Shown here: piece by piece, positions 1 to 12,412 of the stretch | Position numbering within the stretch: the first letter of the stretch is position 1 | How the letters are laid out: the number at the start of each line of letters is the position of its first letter | Assembly: GCA_964199315.1 (NCBI GenBank) | Contig: OZ116703.1 | Span: 25,420,001-25,484,000 of the forward strand | Direction of reading: 5' to 3' | Length of the DNA: 64,000 nucleotides | DNA from: Orbicella franksi | Lineage: Eukaryota | Notes under the pieces: model-generated | Database searches by the model: none | Seen by the model: the letters and a program-made list of their open reading frames with translations, nothing else | What the model was told of the DNA's origin: nothing | Program-made: the position numbers and the translations under genes

Positions 1-1689
1 GGAGGAAGGAACACCTCTGCATTGTACTGTTTGGTTTTTTCCCTTAAACGAAACGATATCTTCCACCCTTACTTTACGTATTACTCCGATAAACTCGGAA
101 TTCTTTTTTTAAAACCTTGTGTCTTCCTCATTTTTTTTTTTCTTTTAGGCCAACTTCAACATGCACCATCATTTTTTTCTTTCATAAAATGTACATTTTA
201 CGTGGGCTTGTTGGAGTGTATTTCAACAGCCAACATGATGCGGTGCTTCCTCAGGAGATTCACAGATCACCTTCACGTTAGCAGAGGTTTATGACTAACA
301 GTCACTTCATGTTCCTAAAAGATCTCCCCTTTGTCTTAGTACAGCGGACAGAACGGGCAAGAGACATGAAACCTTTAATTTTCTTGTAATGAATCGTTAC
401 ATGATATCAAACCTATTGAATACTTTTACTAACACAGTGTTATGTTGGAAAAATGTCCACAATTAAAACATAGGTCCGCAATGTACCCATAGCACCAAGG
501 CGAAAAAGTTGAGAATTGCGTATACTTCTTATTAATCCTTTGAAGCTGAAATGAGTTAGAGCCTTTGTCTTTAAATAAACAAGCCTGATATTATTTTCTT
601 CTGACTGTAGCCAGTTCCCTGACTCGCAACCCACGGTGCTCTTGTACATGTTCGCAACCGATTACCATGCAGTGTCAGAACAAGAAGTTTGTCTCTATTT
701 AAGGGATCGCAAAGATTTCTCGGATTCATAGAAAAACGTAAAAACTTATTAATTCCTTATTAGAGTAGAAACATAGCTATGAAGTAAATTAATTGTACTC
801 GTCAAACTTCTCCTAAATACCAATAGTGTCCCAATTTCATTAAAGGAATTTAAAACCTCGGTATTAATAGCATATCACTTAGCTCCTTCGAATGGCTGAT
901 AGAACCCTCGCACCGCGTGACTATGTTTCTAATCAGGGTAGAAGCAGGTTTGGAGAACAAAAAAAATACAGTCAATCTGGCTGTCTGTAGACTCAATTGC
1001 GGGAACAATTGTGGGACACTAGTTCTGCACTAGTTGCGAGTGAAGAAATACCTGTACGATTAAGATCAGTTTTCTTAAAAAGATCAGTACCTAAATAACT
1101 AAAAGTGTCATGAGAAAGGCCGTTACAAGTTCTTTACACTTAGCTCTGTATATTTCATTTTCATTAACTGCCTCTATGATTAATTTTAAACAACTGCCTT
1201 TATTGCACCACTAGAAAAGTGGCGAGAGGTGACTAAGAAAAACAAATGCTCATAACAGCAACATCCCACTGAAGGCTCCACGCCCACATAAACAACGAAC
1301 CATTGAAAGTTGCTTTGGAAAAATAGTCCGAGACACAGGTAACCTTCCCCTAAAACGCGAATGGCGGCTAGTCTGCAGCCTTGCAGAGCTAAACGCTTTG
1401 GCAACTAAACCACAGAAAAAGAACGTATATCATGTTGAGTTCACTAAAATCGAGACAATTTTGTTTAATGACCGGGAGAAGATTTCTTTTGAATCATCTG
1501 ACGCGATAGCTTATATGCAAGTAAGAGTATGATCTATACAGGGTTAAAAAAAAAATAATAACGTGCGGCGCCTCAGTCGAAACAATAGACTGACATTTTC
1601 AGCATACTCTGTAATTGATCTTTGACACGTTAAAACAATTCATCAGTGCAAAAGAGGAAAAATGGTTAATGTTAAGAAATGAAGTTCTT

Positions 1690-1849
1690 CTAACTGAATC
1701 CTCGTTATTAGACTGGAACTTGCTTGCAGTTGAGGCTCATGCATTAAAACAGGATAAATGCTATTTGCATTTGAAAGGACTTCTCGCATTAGCCTCAGTT
1801 GCAAGCTACTAGGTCAAGTCCAAGACCGAGAATACGAACATGATCTATT
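1690..1849. mobile_element. Degenerate MITE copy (same family as 57951-58127)
   Basis: Shares gactggaact.gcttg...gaggctcatgca...tttgcatttgaaa...attagcctcagttgcaagcta...gagaatacgaa with the 57.9-kb copy. Confidence 0.6.
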
Positions 1850-1883
1850 GTAGGAAATTTAGGCATGATTTCTAGTCGTGTTC

Positions 1884-1964
1884 AAATTTGGATTCAGTGA
1901 GTTTCTTTTAGGAGCAAAAGAGGCCGTCTTTTGCTCCTAGAAGAAACTCACTGAGTCCAAATTT
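1884..1964. repeat. 81-bp near-perfect palindrome (38-bp arms, 5-nt loop)
   Basis: aaatttggattcagtgagtttcttttaggagcaaaaga-ggccg-tcttttgctcctagaagaaactcactgagtccaaattt; 2 mismatches. Confidence 0.9.
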
Positions 1965-2385
1965 TAGTTGGGGCGAAAGATTCCTAAGTGTAGAAAATCC
2001 CTGTCTATTAGTGGATTCAATATACCGTAATTCAAAGTCCTAAGATTTAAAAAGTTTTGTTCGAACACTGATTGCCCATTTTGACCGAAGTTTCTTCATA
2101 GATCTCGTTCTGCAAATAGAAGCTCCTTAATGGTGAATGACTAAGGTACCTTAAAATATTTAATAATGCTTTTTTACACAGGCACACGCAGAGCGACATA
2201 AAATTAGTAGATGCACTTCTGAACTGTTTTCAGTATAATTTTCGGTTACTTTCCTTGTGCAAAGTTTTATATCTTGAAAAATTGTTTTATTCCGAGAACG
2301 ATTAATTTATTCCGGCAGAATTTTGATCAAATAATTCCAAACCAATTTTATTTTTACAAATATTTGTTACATGCTCACTGTCACA

Positions 2386-2608
2386 ATTTTTCAATGTTTC
2401 ACAGCTCAAACAATAGTTTGTCAATTCAATGGCAAACATTTCAACTGAACAGTAGTTGCGGCATATAATAGTTAATATGTTGAAAAAGGGAAAATCACTA
2501 TTCTTTATAAGCTTGCTGACAAAATTTTTCATTGTTTTACAGCTCAGGAAATTGTTTTCCAAATCAGCGCGGTGGCAAATATTTCAACTGAACAGTAGTT
2601 GTGGCACA
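2386..2608. repeat. Diverged tandem duplication, period about 140 bp
   Basis: tggcaaa(c/t)atttcaactgaacagtagttg(c/t)ggca and ttttca.tgttt.acagctca each occur twice. Confidence 0.7.
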
Positions 2609-5115
2609 TCGTTAACTGACTTGCCGATTTTACAATGTCGCTGAAAGCGAACCAAGTTATAATATTGTGCAGTACAAATCCAGCAAATTAAGTATGAAGA
2701 AAAAAGGGGTGACAGTGTTTTCGTTTAGCGTTAGATTATGGCGTTATAATGACACGAAAATAATTTGGTACACGTCACGTTTCTTAAATTAGAAACAAAT
2801 TGAATTCTTATTAAAATCTAGCTGGCTTTATGTTATAACTACAACAACCTTTTAGTTATGGTGATCAGGGTTAGGAACCTGGAGAAAGTGCGAGATTGTA
2901 CTTGAAATTAATTCCTGTACGATTATTAGATGAACCACGAAAACTTAGAAGTTTTCGAAAAGAGAAAAAGAGCAAGAGAAACGAAAGAAAAGTAATACTT
3001 TTGTGTATATTTGTAAACCTATCAGCTTTTTCTTACTGGTTTGTTCTTTTCCATTTACATCCATGACAACTTTTGCATTTTCGTAAATCAATAATTAAAG
3101 AGTTTAGGAGATTTTTCATCAATTCGTGGGAATATGAGGTCTGCCTATAATCAAATCCGATTTGATCAGTTTCAACCAGTGACAAAGAAACTCACCCGGC
3201 AGGTGGCTACAAACTCGATCAAAGACTAAAGGATAAAAAAATTACTTCGAAACCACTTTATCAAGACCACGCTGCAAAATTCATTTTGCTCCAACTATAT
3301 ACTCACTGCTGCTGAGCCTTTGAGAAGAACGTCTCTTACCTTTTAGTAGTTTCACTTTCGTTTGTCAGTGTTTATTACATCGACGTCAACAAAGTGGCCA
3401 ATTTCCGTCGATGCGAATTCTTCCTACATCAGCTTTCAAACAGCGAAATCTTGGTTGGATTAAGAGTGCTTTTTTCCTGTCGCTCCCAGGAAAATCAATT
3501 TATGTTTTACTACTCCGACCTCGCGTTGTTTTAAAATTTATACTCTTTCATGTCATCATCAAAAGTGTTTGCAGCGATTAGACTGAAATCAAACCATCTA
3601 CTTGAATCAAAGATCGACATTAATCGCTACTCCAGAGCAAGCATCCAGAGGCAAGTATCATGAAACATATTACCAGTGCTACAGTTTAAAATTTTGTCGT
3701 CTATCGTAAACAGTAATGTATGCTTTGATATTGGAGGTTTTTAACACTCACACGCAGGTGTGAAGAGTAAGCCGCGTTACTTAAGACTTACCCTTTAGCC
3801 TCCATACAACACACACCTAATTTGAATACGCTTTCATGTTTTGGAGGAAGAATGAAGTTTAGGTTACCATTTCTGTGCCCGCGAAATAATACATGCCATT
3901 ATGATTATTATTATAGTTTTTTTTTTTTAAATTGATATGATATATTTCATTCCTCTCAATCTTCCCTTCTTTTAATAGCTGATAATTCAGTTCAGTTCTG
4001 CTGTTGCCATTACGCACTGTTCATCATTCACTTCATAACTGATGCTTGATTCATGTACTGTTTCACTCCTTTTATTCCGTCACCTTCAAGATAAATCCAT
4101 CCGTATCTACTGACTTATAGCATGGTCAGGCGCTACGAGACCGCGATAACATATTGGTCAAGAGTAAGTTCGTCGGAGAATTGGATCATAAATCAAGCTA
4201 CCGACTTTTTTAATTGTCAACCAATGAGATTTCGAGGAATTACATGCCAGCTTGTTTATAGGACAAGGATCTGATTTTTCGCTAATCAGTTGAGGTTTTG
4301 ACTCGATTTCAAGGTGATGCGATAATGTTTTTCGCATAATTAGCCCTTATTTTTTTCCATCTGGCTATCGGTCAACTAAAATTGACGTTTTTGAGGTTTC
4401 AGTGCATTAGAATACTGGGTGGGCTGATGGAAAGTAAGCTCATCCTTATTAAAGTACTAAGTACCACTCCAATGTTGTGAAAACCTGTGGATATCTTTCA
4501 TGATCTTTCTTCAGCTGAGTAGGTTACCCAAGTACAATGCAACTTCGATACATACATTCTTCACGTATGCCTGCCGATAGTTTTTCAGTAACTTCGTTTA
4601 TACAAACTGATCACGTGGTAAAGTTCTAAAGGAAAGTTATCGCGCAATAATTCCCAGTGACTTGCCAGTGATAAACGCGTGCGTAGCGTTTTCTATTCAA
4701 GTGCTTCGGAAAAATGAAATTCATCAAAAACTTTATCCATGAGATGAATGAGAACTATACTAAAAGCTCCATGTTCGTGGTCAAAGTTTCCTATTACTCG
4801 CAGCTGACCTTTTCAAACAGAGATTTTGTTGCAACATGACTGCAGACTGAATAAAATTCTCAGTAAAGAGCTACAGCAACAGTACAAACGGACTTCTGGA
4901 ATACTGTTCCACCGTCGATAAAACCCAAGGCTAAAACTAGTTGGGCTCATAATTTCATCACTGCCCTCGAGACTTGTTTCACGGGCAATTATGTTGAATC
5001 ACTTTTTGGGCTATTTTGAGCCTGTGTCATATTCTGTTTATTACTTGATAAGTAAAAGCATCTGTTAAGACTATGAACTTGATAATAATGATTGATTTTC
5101 CAGGAGCCAAGAAGA

Positions 5116-7952
5116 ATGAATATGTTGTCATTTAGAAGTTTGGTTCTCGCTGTACTCCTTTCTTTTAAAGGTAAGGTCAATATAAAGCAGAACTTTTTGC
5201 CCAGTTTGTATATCAAACCGCTGATAACTGCAATAAAAGCTATTTCAAAACTGTTAATTATACTGAAATGTGGACCATTTTCGTCACGGAACACTTTTCT
5301 GTTTTACATGTTCAAACTCAAAAGAAATGTACTTTTCTTTAAACGGTATCTGAAATGTACGGCACCTTGCTTGTGCATGCTTCTCAAGAACCTAAAAACC
5401 CTTATTTAAGAAGCTACTGACGCACAATACGATAAATTTGTCAGCCTTTGGTATAATTATCCTACTCATCTTTACTTGCCAATTGCCGCTACCGTTGCTT
5501 GTTATTTTGTCTTCATTTGCAGCGAGCCTACCATAGAATCTTGTTTGTGTTTAGAAAAATGTTGCCAGTCACTGTTTGTAATTTATTTCTCAGTTGTAAG
5601 AATAGTAGCAAAGAACCTTACAGATGAAGAGCGACTGATCAAAGATCTGTTTGCAAACTACACAAAGTCCGCAAGACCAGTGGTGAACCCCACAGACAAA
5701 ATTGAAGTTATATTTGGATTTGAACTTGTCCAGTTGGTAAATGTGGTAAGTAAGACTCTCCAAAAACCATGAGGTGATCGATGTGACTTAAATGTGGGTT
5801 TAGTAAGTTCAAATAGAAAGGTCTCCAATGATAATAACCCAAATAACAAATAACCCAACATGCAAATGTCCAAACCTATACTTCAGAAGGAGCTACAGTC
5901 GAATCCCTATTAATTAAGCGGCCACCAATTAAACGGCCATTCCCTATTAGGCAGCCAGTAATCAAAGTCCCGATGAGGGCTTTCCTATTGTTGTTACCTC
6001 TATTCAGTGCCCAGCCCCCTTTAAGCGGCCACTATCCATTTCGCCGAGGGTGGCCGCTGATTTTTCTTTATAAGGCCATTTGAAAGAATACATGCATACC
6101 CAATCACCAAATTATCCCAATAACTACCAAGAGAACTCTGTGCATACAGTATACGTAAGTAAAGATAATTTGCAACTTTAAACTGCCATTTTGACAGTTT
6201 CACTGCATGTTTTATTTGTTAATTTTAAATTTCGACTGTTTTCTTTGGACTGTTTCAGGATGACCGAAATCAAATGATCACTACCAATGTTTGGGTTCGC
6301 CAGGTAAGTCATTGATAATGTTAGTCTTAAAAGGGGCACCTTCGGGAACAAAAACATATTTCAATTCACCAATGGAAAACTCAAGCAAATTTCTAGGTTT
6401 GTTAAAAATTACTATCCTAGAGCACTGAAGCTCTAAATTAGGAGTTACGCTAGTCATGTAAGATTTTTTGATTTGAACCTCAATTTGAACAAGTTTGAAA
6501 GACTTTTATGGACTTCGTGTTCTGCTTTTGTCTTAGGAAAGTCACCGAAAAATTTACTGGAATTTCCCTCTCCCTTTAAAGGTCAATCAATCTTTTTCAT
6601 AGAGGGCTAAACAAGTAATAGTTATAGAACTAATAAACTTGTGGCCCTCTAAAATATACAATAATTAAAAATCTATTAAAACCTATGTAAAATTATTTAA
6701 AACCTACCGGTAAATAAAAGTCGAAAATGTATCTAAGATTAACTAAAACGTAAATTTCATCTTAGTGTTCTAAGCTCATTTCGTGTACGAGCAAAGGTAC
6801 CTAGTCCTAATGATTTTGTTTTGCACCATTACAATCAATATGTACAAAATAACCCTCTTAGAGCCCCTTTTAGTTTGATATATCAAATGGAAAATACTAA
6901 TACTTATTTTATTTTGACTGCTAAAAGTATAAATGAGAGAGGTTTGTGTGTTCACTAGAGTCTGAAGACGGTTCCAACACTGTCCACAATTCTGACCAGA
7001 AGGGCGCAATCCACCATTGTAAATACACATACAAAACGAACGTTCATACTGTGTGTCACGATCAATAATGTTCCGAATTTGTAACCTAATGACCCTGACG
7101 GCTATCTTCCGCAGATTTGGGATAATAAGTTACTAACATGGGACCCGGATAAATACAGCGGCATTAAGACGGTCAGACTCGATGCATCCCTGGTCTGGAT
7201 CCCGGATATTGTACTCTATAACAGGTCAGTACTGAATCCTGCGAGCGCTGGACGAATCGATTTTTGGTTGGGCAAGGTTCTTTACTCTCCCATTACACGC
7301 AGACTTGCACGAAGACTCGCTGTGATACAGGCCATAAGCGACTCGGAAATGTGGACTAGCATCCTAATCATAAGAAAATAAGTTACAATATTTTCACAGG
7401 AAGCCACATCAGCCTTGGCTGGTTTTCATACGAGTGCTCTATCCTGGTCGAATTGGAATTCGGAAATGTTGGTTTTTCAGAAGAGAGTAAAACCGGAGCA
7501 CCCTGAGAAAAACCCTCGGTGCAAGGCGAGAACCAACACCAAACTCAACCCACATATGACACCGGGCCGGAATCGAACCCGGGCCATAGTTTTGGGAAGC
7601 GAGAATTACTTTTAGCCACTCAATGCTATAGAAACCAACCTATTGAACAAGTGAGGTCATTTAACGAATAGCCATAATTTAGGGCTAAAAATGAAGTACT
7701 TGTGAAGGGGATTACTGGGAAACAGGAATGGCAGATTCGAGCACTTGCTCAGCATTGGTATCAACAGTGGGTTCATGAAAGACCGATAGTATTTATTTTA
7801 TGCGGATAATGTCTGTTTGTTACCTTACCTGTCTATTTTTTAAAAAAAAAAAAAAAACCTAACACTTCATTCTAAATTTCAATTTTATCGCCATTTCATT
7901 AGCAGTAATGCTACTCAGTAAATTCGAGGGTAAATAAAGTTGTTGTTGTTGT

Positions 7953-7996
<44 letters not shown>

Positions 7997-9963
7997 ACGC
8001 CCTGAGTTGAAATTACGTTTTCCACCTAGAAAACGGCCCATCATTCTTAATGTTTTTATTGCCACTTGCAGCGCCGATAGTGAATTTAGTGGTGGTACTG
8101 ATAAGTACAAGACTCCTGTGATTTTGTCGAGCTCCGGGAGATGTAGTTGGTTTTGCCCGGCGTCCTTTACCAGCACTTGCCCGATAGATGTGCAGTATTT
8201 TCCATTTGATCGACAGAAATGTATTCTGAAGTTTGGCTCGTGGACATACGAGGTAAATAGCCGCCTTAATACGCCATTTCCGAGGTGTCTTTCGTCTCTG
8301 TGTCAAGACGAGTCTTCGTGCTAAACCATTCATATGGAACTGTGTTCCACCTACAGGTTTAAGGTTTTGCACGAGGACTTGGTTTGAAACAGAGGCACAA
8401 GGTAACTCGGAAATGGCCAATTACAATCAAGATAAAGATAATATATTACTGCAATAATAATATGCATTTCAAAGGTTTATCGCAAGAGTGACCTCTACAC
8501 CTAACAGGATATGCTCTTGCTCCTACAAGTGCCGTGGGTACTGAGGTATTTTAATGACGGGAAGGTGCGGATGAGGCGAAATCGTTAGACCCTGCGCACC
8601 ATCTTTGGAAAATATTTATCCGGCTCTGTCAACACAACGGGATAGCTTTCGTACAACGAAAATAAACTAGATTTCAACTACGCTGAATAAAGAGGTTGAA
8701 ACTAGGCGCAAGGATGTGCAATGGCCCAGAGAGTAAGTCAAAAGTCCTCTTTTTGTCTGCAAAACCTTCATACAAAACTAAAATTCCAGGTTTTTCGTCC
8801 AGTTTTCCTTTTTTGTCGAGCAACGATCACAAACTTAAACTTTAGGCAAACTGAAAAGTGGGGAGTGTTCCAAAACTCTTGAGAACACTGGATTATTATT
8901 TTTGTCTTTCCAAAAATCTTTCAGCCATAAAATAAGTCTGCACAATAAGTTCTTAACAAAATTTTGTCCGTTACAGGTAACAGACCTCGACATGAGAGAA
9001 GAAAACGGCTCCTCCAAATCCCAATACATAGAAAGTGCAGAGTGGAATCTTAATGATGTCAAGAAACAAAGAAACGCCAAAAAGTATACATGCTGCGAAA
9101 ACAAGTTAGCTGATATCAGTATAACTATTGTGATGGATAGAAAACCTCTCTTCTATCTCTTCAACCTTGTTATCCCTTGCCTAATAATCCTGTCTATGAT
9201 CCTCTTGGGTTTCTTCCTACCCCCAGAGTCGGGTGAGAGGATCACGCTCAGTATAACTGTCCTTTTAGCTATGGCTGTGTTCCTTCAGCTGGTTGGAGAG
9301 AGCCTGCCTCGGAACTCCGAGAAGGTTCCTTTACTAGGCAAGTTCTACATCACCATCATGGCGGAAATTTCCATCTCGCTGATGCTTACCTGCTGGGTTC
9401 TGAACATTCACTATCATGGATCCGGAAATTCGGCCAAGGCAGTTCCGCTCTGGGCCCGCATCGTTGTGCTACAATGGCTGGGGTATTTGCTCTGTGTTGG
9501 AAAGCCCGACGGCAGCTCCCCTGAAATACCCAATACTGATCTCAGATACCACCAGGACGACGGCAGGAGGAAAGGAGCACCGTTTGCACTCGACTGGGAA
9601 ACTACCTTTGCGCCAGCCGCTAACTGTCACTGTACGAGGTGTATAAACGCAAGAGGTGCTCTGCACTTCAATGGAGAAAGAAGCCCGGACGAATCCAGAC
9701 TGATAGAGGTGCGATACACCGGAGAATCGTCTCCAATTGATTTTCCCGCCGAGCCACGGCGAGAAAAAGCGAAGGATCCTAAACTTTCCGAGGAAATAAG
9801 CGTGCTTGCAAATAGCATTCGGGAGCGTGAGAAGGTTGAGAAAAATCAAGAAGACTGGAAATACTTCGCCATGGTAATGGACCGGTTCTTCTTCTGGTTT
9901 TACTCCATGACCATCGTTATCTCGACGTTGACCATCTTCCTAAGCCGAACCCATGAAACATGA
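5116..9963 (+). CDS. Nicotinic acetylcholine receptor-like subunit, alpha type (Cys-loop channel), paralog 1; 6 coding exons, 509 aa
   Basis: Exons 5116-5170, 5594-5745, 6259-6303, 7115-7224, 8072-8252, 8977-9963; all GT-AG, phases consistent, 1530 nt. Signal peptide MNMLSFRSLVLAVLLSFK, WIPDIVLYN (loop A), Cys-loop CPIDVQYFPFDRQKC, GSWTY (loop B), vicinal cysteines YTCC, M1-M3 with PESGERITLSITVLLAMAVFLQL, M4 MDRFFFWFYSMTIVISTLTIF. The 45-nt and 110-nt exons match the typical nAChR gene architecture. The start exon is less certain than the rest. Confidence 0.93.
5896..6059. mobile_element. Tc1/mariner-like MITE fragment in nAChR-1 intron 2
   Basis: TA-CAGTCGAA start, repeated taagcggccac motifs and an inverted ggtggccgct; the right end is eroded. 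Confidence 0.45.
7412..7603 (-). mobile_element. tRNA-derived SINE in nAChR-1 intron 4
   Basis: Reverse B-box (ggaatcgaacc, 7569-7579); a second copy lies at 54436-54600 (shared aaactcaacccacatatg.c.ccggg..ggaatcgaacccgggc). Confidence 0.75.
7939..7992. repeat. Compound microsatellite (GTT)5(GAT)13
   Basis: Read directly; ends 79 bp before nAChR-1 exon 5. Confidence 0.95.
8268..8422. mobile_element. MITE with about 54-bp imperfect terminal inverted repeats
   Basis: aatacgccatttccgag... at the left and ...ctcggaaatggccaatt at the right; arms match through gagtc.tcgtgc. Confidence 0.8.
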
Positions 9964-10829
9964 AACATGACAAAACATGAAAGCAATGGAGACCATGGCC
10001 TGTTTTAGTTAGGAACATATTTCCCTTTATCAGGCAATCTACGGCAGATATTAAACCTCCTGTGGAAACGTTGGATTGTGTGAAGTATGGAATTTGTACT
10101 CCATAAAAACTGACGACTTTTATCCGACACAGTTTCACGTGTAAGTTACTCGCGGCAGGTATAAATGGTTTTGTCTAAACAACCCTTAACTTTGCATCGA
10201 CAAACGTATTTGAAATTTAACCATTTTAGGGCAGAAGGTATGCTTGGAAGTTTCGTATAATTCTTACAAGTAATTATTTCAAACATTCCTGAATTGCGCA
10301 TTGCCGCAAAAGGGGTTTAAAAGTACTATACAAGTCAGTTTATAAGCACACTGGTATACTTAATTCACTGCAGCCCGGCGTTATTTGTGACAAAGATACA
10401 TAATGAAGGTAGCGAACGGGTTAAAAACTCTCAGATACAAATCTATAAATGTAGGGTTTCTTTTCTTCCCCTGGGGCGACAGTTGAGAACATCTATAGAT
10501 TTGATTTGATGCCAAAACATTCTTTGTGTCAGATGAGTTTCAACTTTTTCATAAGCAGTAGTGCCTGCTAGATCGGCAATTTTTGGTTGGGGGAAAAAGC
10601 GTCTACATTTGCATTCTATATAGCTACACATATAAGTATATTATAACATTTTATTGGCTTATATAATTAGGGCGGCCCATTTGTTATATTTAAACGTTAC
10701 ATGAAATGGGATGGGGCACTGGGTATGGCTTTCAGGTAAAACCCCAAAAATGTTTAAGAGAAAGTAGGTACTTAAGCTAGTAAGTTAAATGCTCCACCAG
10801 GTTAAGTCCGTTAAATGATCAGTGCGAAC

Positions 10830-11030
10830 TAGAGCAGCGGGGTGGGGGGACTCAAGTCTGTCCAGCAGAGTCTTGTGTTACATTCTCGTTAAAGGCAGCT
10901 ACGTTCGCAGTTTCTCTGCCTATCCACGATTATGAATTGTTGAGCAAACTGATATAACGCTGGGTGGGTAACCTGCAATGAATACTCATCCAGGGAGTAG
11001 CAATAATCTCAGTGGCCTCTCGTCACCGAA
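10830..11030 (+). mobile_element. Highly eroded SINE, related to 12735-13009
   Basis: Residual similarity: gctggg...atcc.agggagtagcaata.tc.cagt.gc.tc...gaaac. Confidence 0.3.
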
Positions 11031-12139
11031 ACTGAATTCACTGAGAGTTTGCAGTGTAACTCACATCTTCGCATCACATACTTAACTAACCTTATTCGAA
11101 GTTTTAAGACGTTTAATTGTTGCAAGAGACCGCTATTTCGGAAAAGGTTGTCCGAAGGAAGCGAAAATATCGCCCGCAATAATGCCGAAAGGTCATCTAA
11201 GTTATGATAAATAAATTGTAAACCTCTTTAAATAACTGCCCGGTACATGCGATGGGTCGATGCTACAGTAAATGCCTGCGTGAAGAGAAATGTGGATAAA
11301 GGAGACTTTAGGATGCATTGCTGATGAAACCATTTGAACGCACGATCAAAGAACAGTGAACAACCAATATTACCTAAACTCATACTACTTTTCGGCATTG
11401 CTGCGTACGCTTCTAATAAAACAACCTTTCTCCAAGCAACTGTTTATGAAATTGTGGATAGTTATCTGTACTCTAAGTGTAAAGGCCATCGCGCGCGGTA
11501 ACCGTCCCGCGATAAAGGCTCTAATGGTAATGGGCTCCTGGCTCTAATTCTTACATCGCTGGATCACGACGCCGTCTCCTTGACCCCACCGCGATTTTGC
11601 CACATTCCACTGCCCCTCCCCCCCTTTTGAGTGCCTCCTGAGGGGCATCTCTTCCGCTCCATTGATTTGAACATTACTGATCTCAAGAATGAATATAGTA
11701 CTTAAAGGAGCTACGACACGGTTTGCGCATCTTGAAAAGTTTAGCCTAGATTTTTCAAGTTCGTCATTTTTAATCCGTTTTAATCTTCTTCATCCTTAAC
11801 CATCCTTGTTCATTTAAGCTTCATTATCTCTTTGGTGTTTTTCTATCTTAGTAAACTACTATTTTCGGGTTTCCTTCAATTTAAAGGTAATTTTGTGCTC
11901 TTTAATTGAACGTGTGCGAGTGGTCCTTGAAAACAAAACTCAGTCCGCGTCAATTCTAATCTTCGAACTTTGGTCAACTAATTCGCTCATGCCTTACGCT
12001 GTCATTTCATTGTCAATAATTTTACTTGTGTATTAAAAATGTATTGTTTAAGCTGATCTATTGATAGCCCTTCAAACATGGACCCCAGAAACTCTCACTA
12101 GTATATTCTCGTTATAGCTATTTGATTCGTGACTTATAT

Positions 12140-12412
12140 CATGGACAAAAGTCCCTGGGACACTGATATAGTGCAACGAAATATCTGTGTTGTACAACTG
12201 AAGTTTGAAGAAGCAGTGCTATCCCTTCAAAATGCGTTGCTGTTGCCCCTTCCTCACCCAATACAATGTTGAAACTCAGGAGAAATTGCAGGTACATGTT
12301 CTAGTTTTTAACATTGTATGTGGGGTGGGAGAATAGGCCAGGCAGGTGAAGTTTTATTCGCGTCTAGGGTGTGCACCAAAAGTGCAAATTTGTCCAAAGA
12401 CTTTTGTCCATG
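12140..12412. mobile_element. Non-autonomous DNA element with perfect 14-bp TIR
   Basis: catggacaaaagtc ... gacttttgtccatg. Confidence 0.7.

Noticed and set aside
149-284. Strong acceptor at 148 followed by a 44-codon frame (possible last exon of an upstream gene)
   Set aside because: No recognisable homology (not an M4 helix), and no upstream context is available in the window.
7859-8176. Minus-strand ORF with poly-His/poly-Gln
   Set aside because: It is just the translation of the (GTT)5(GAT)13 microsatellite plus the antisense of exon 5.
9416-9849. Overlapping alternative-frame and antisense ORFs in nAChR-1 (also 27070-27520 in nAChR-2)
   Set aside because: Shadow ORFs of real coding exons; no independent signals.
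9950-9990. CATGAAA micro-repeats spanning the nAChR-1 stop codon
   Set aside because: A real but trivial slippage duplication after M4; no functional inference is supportable.
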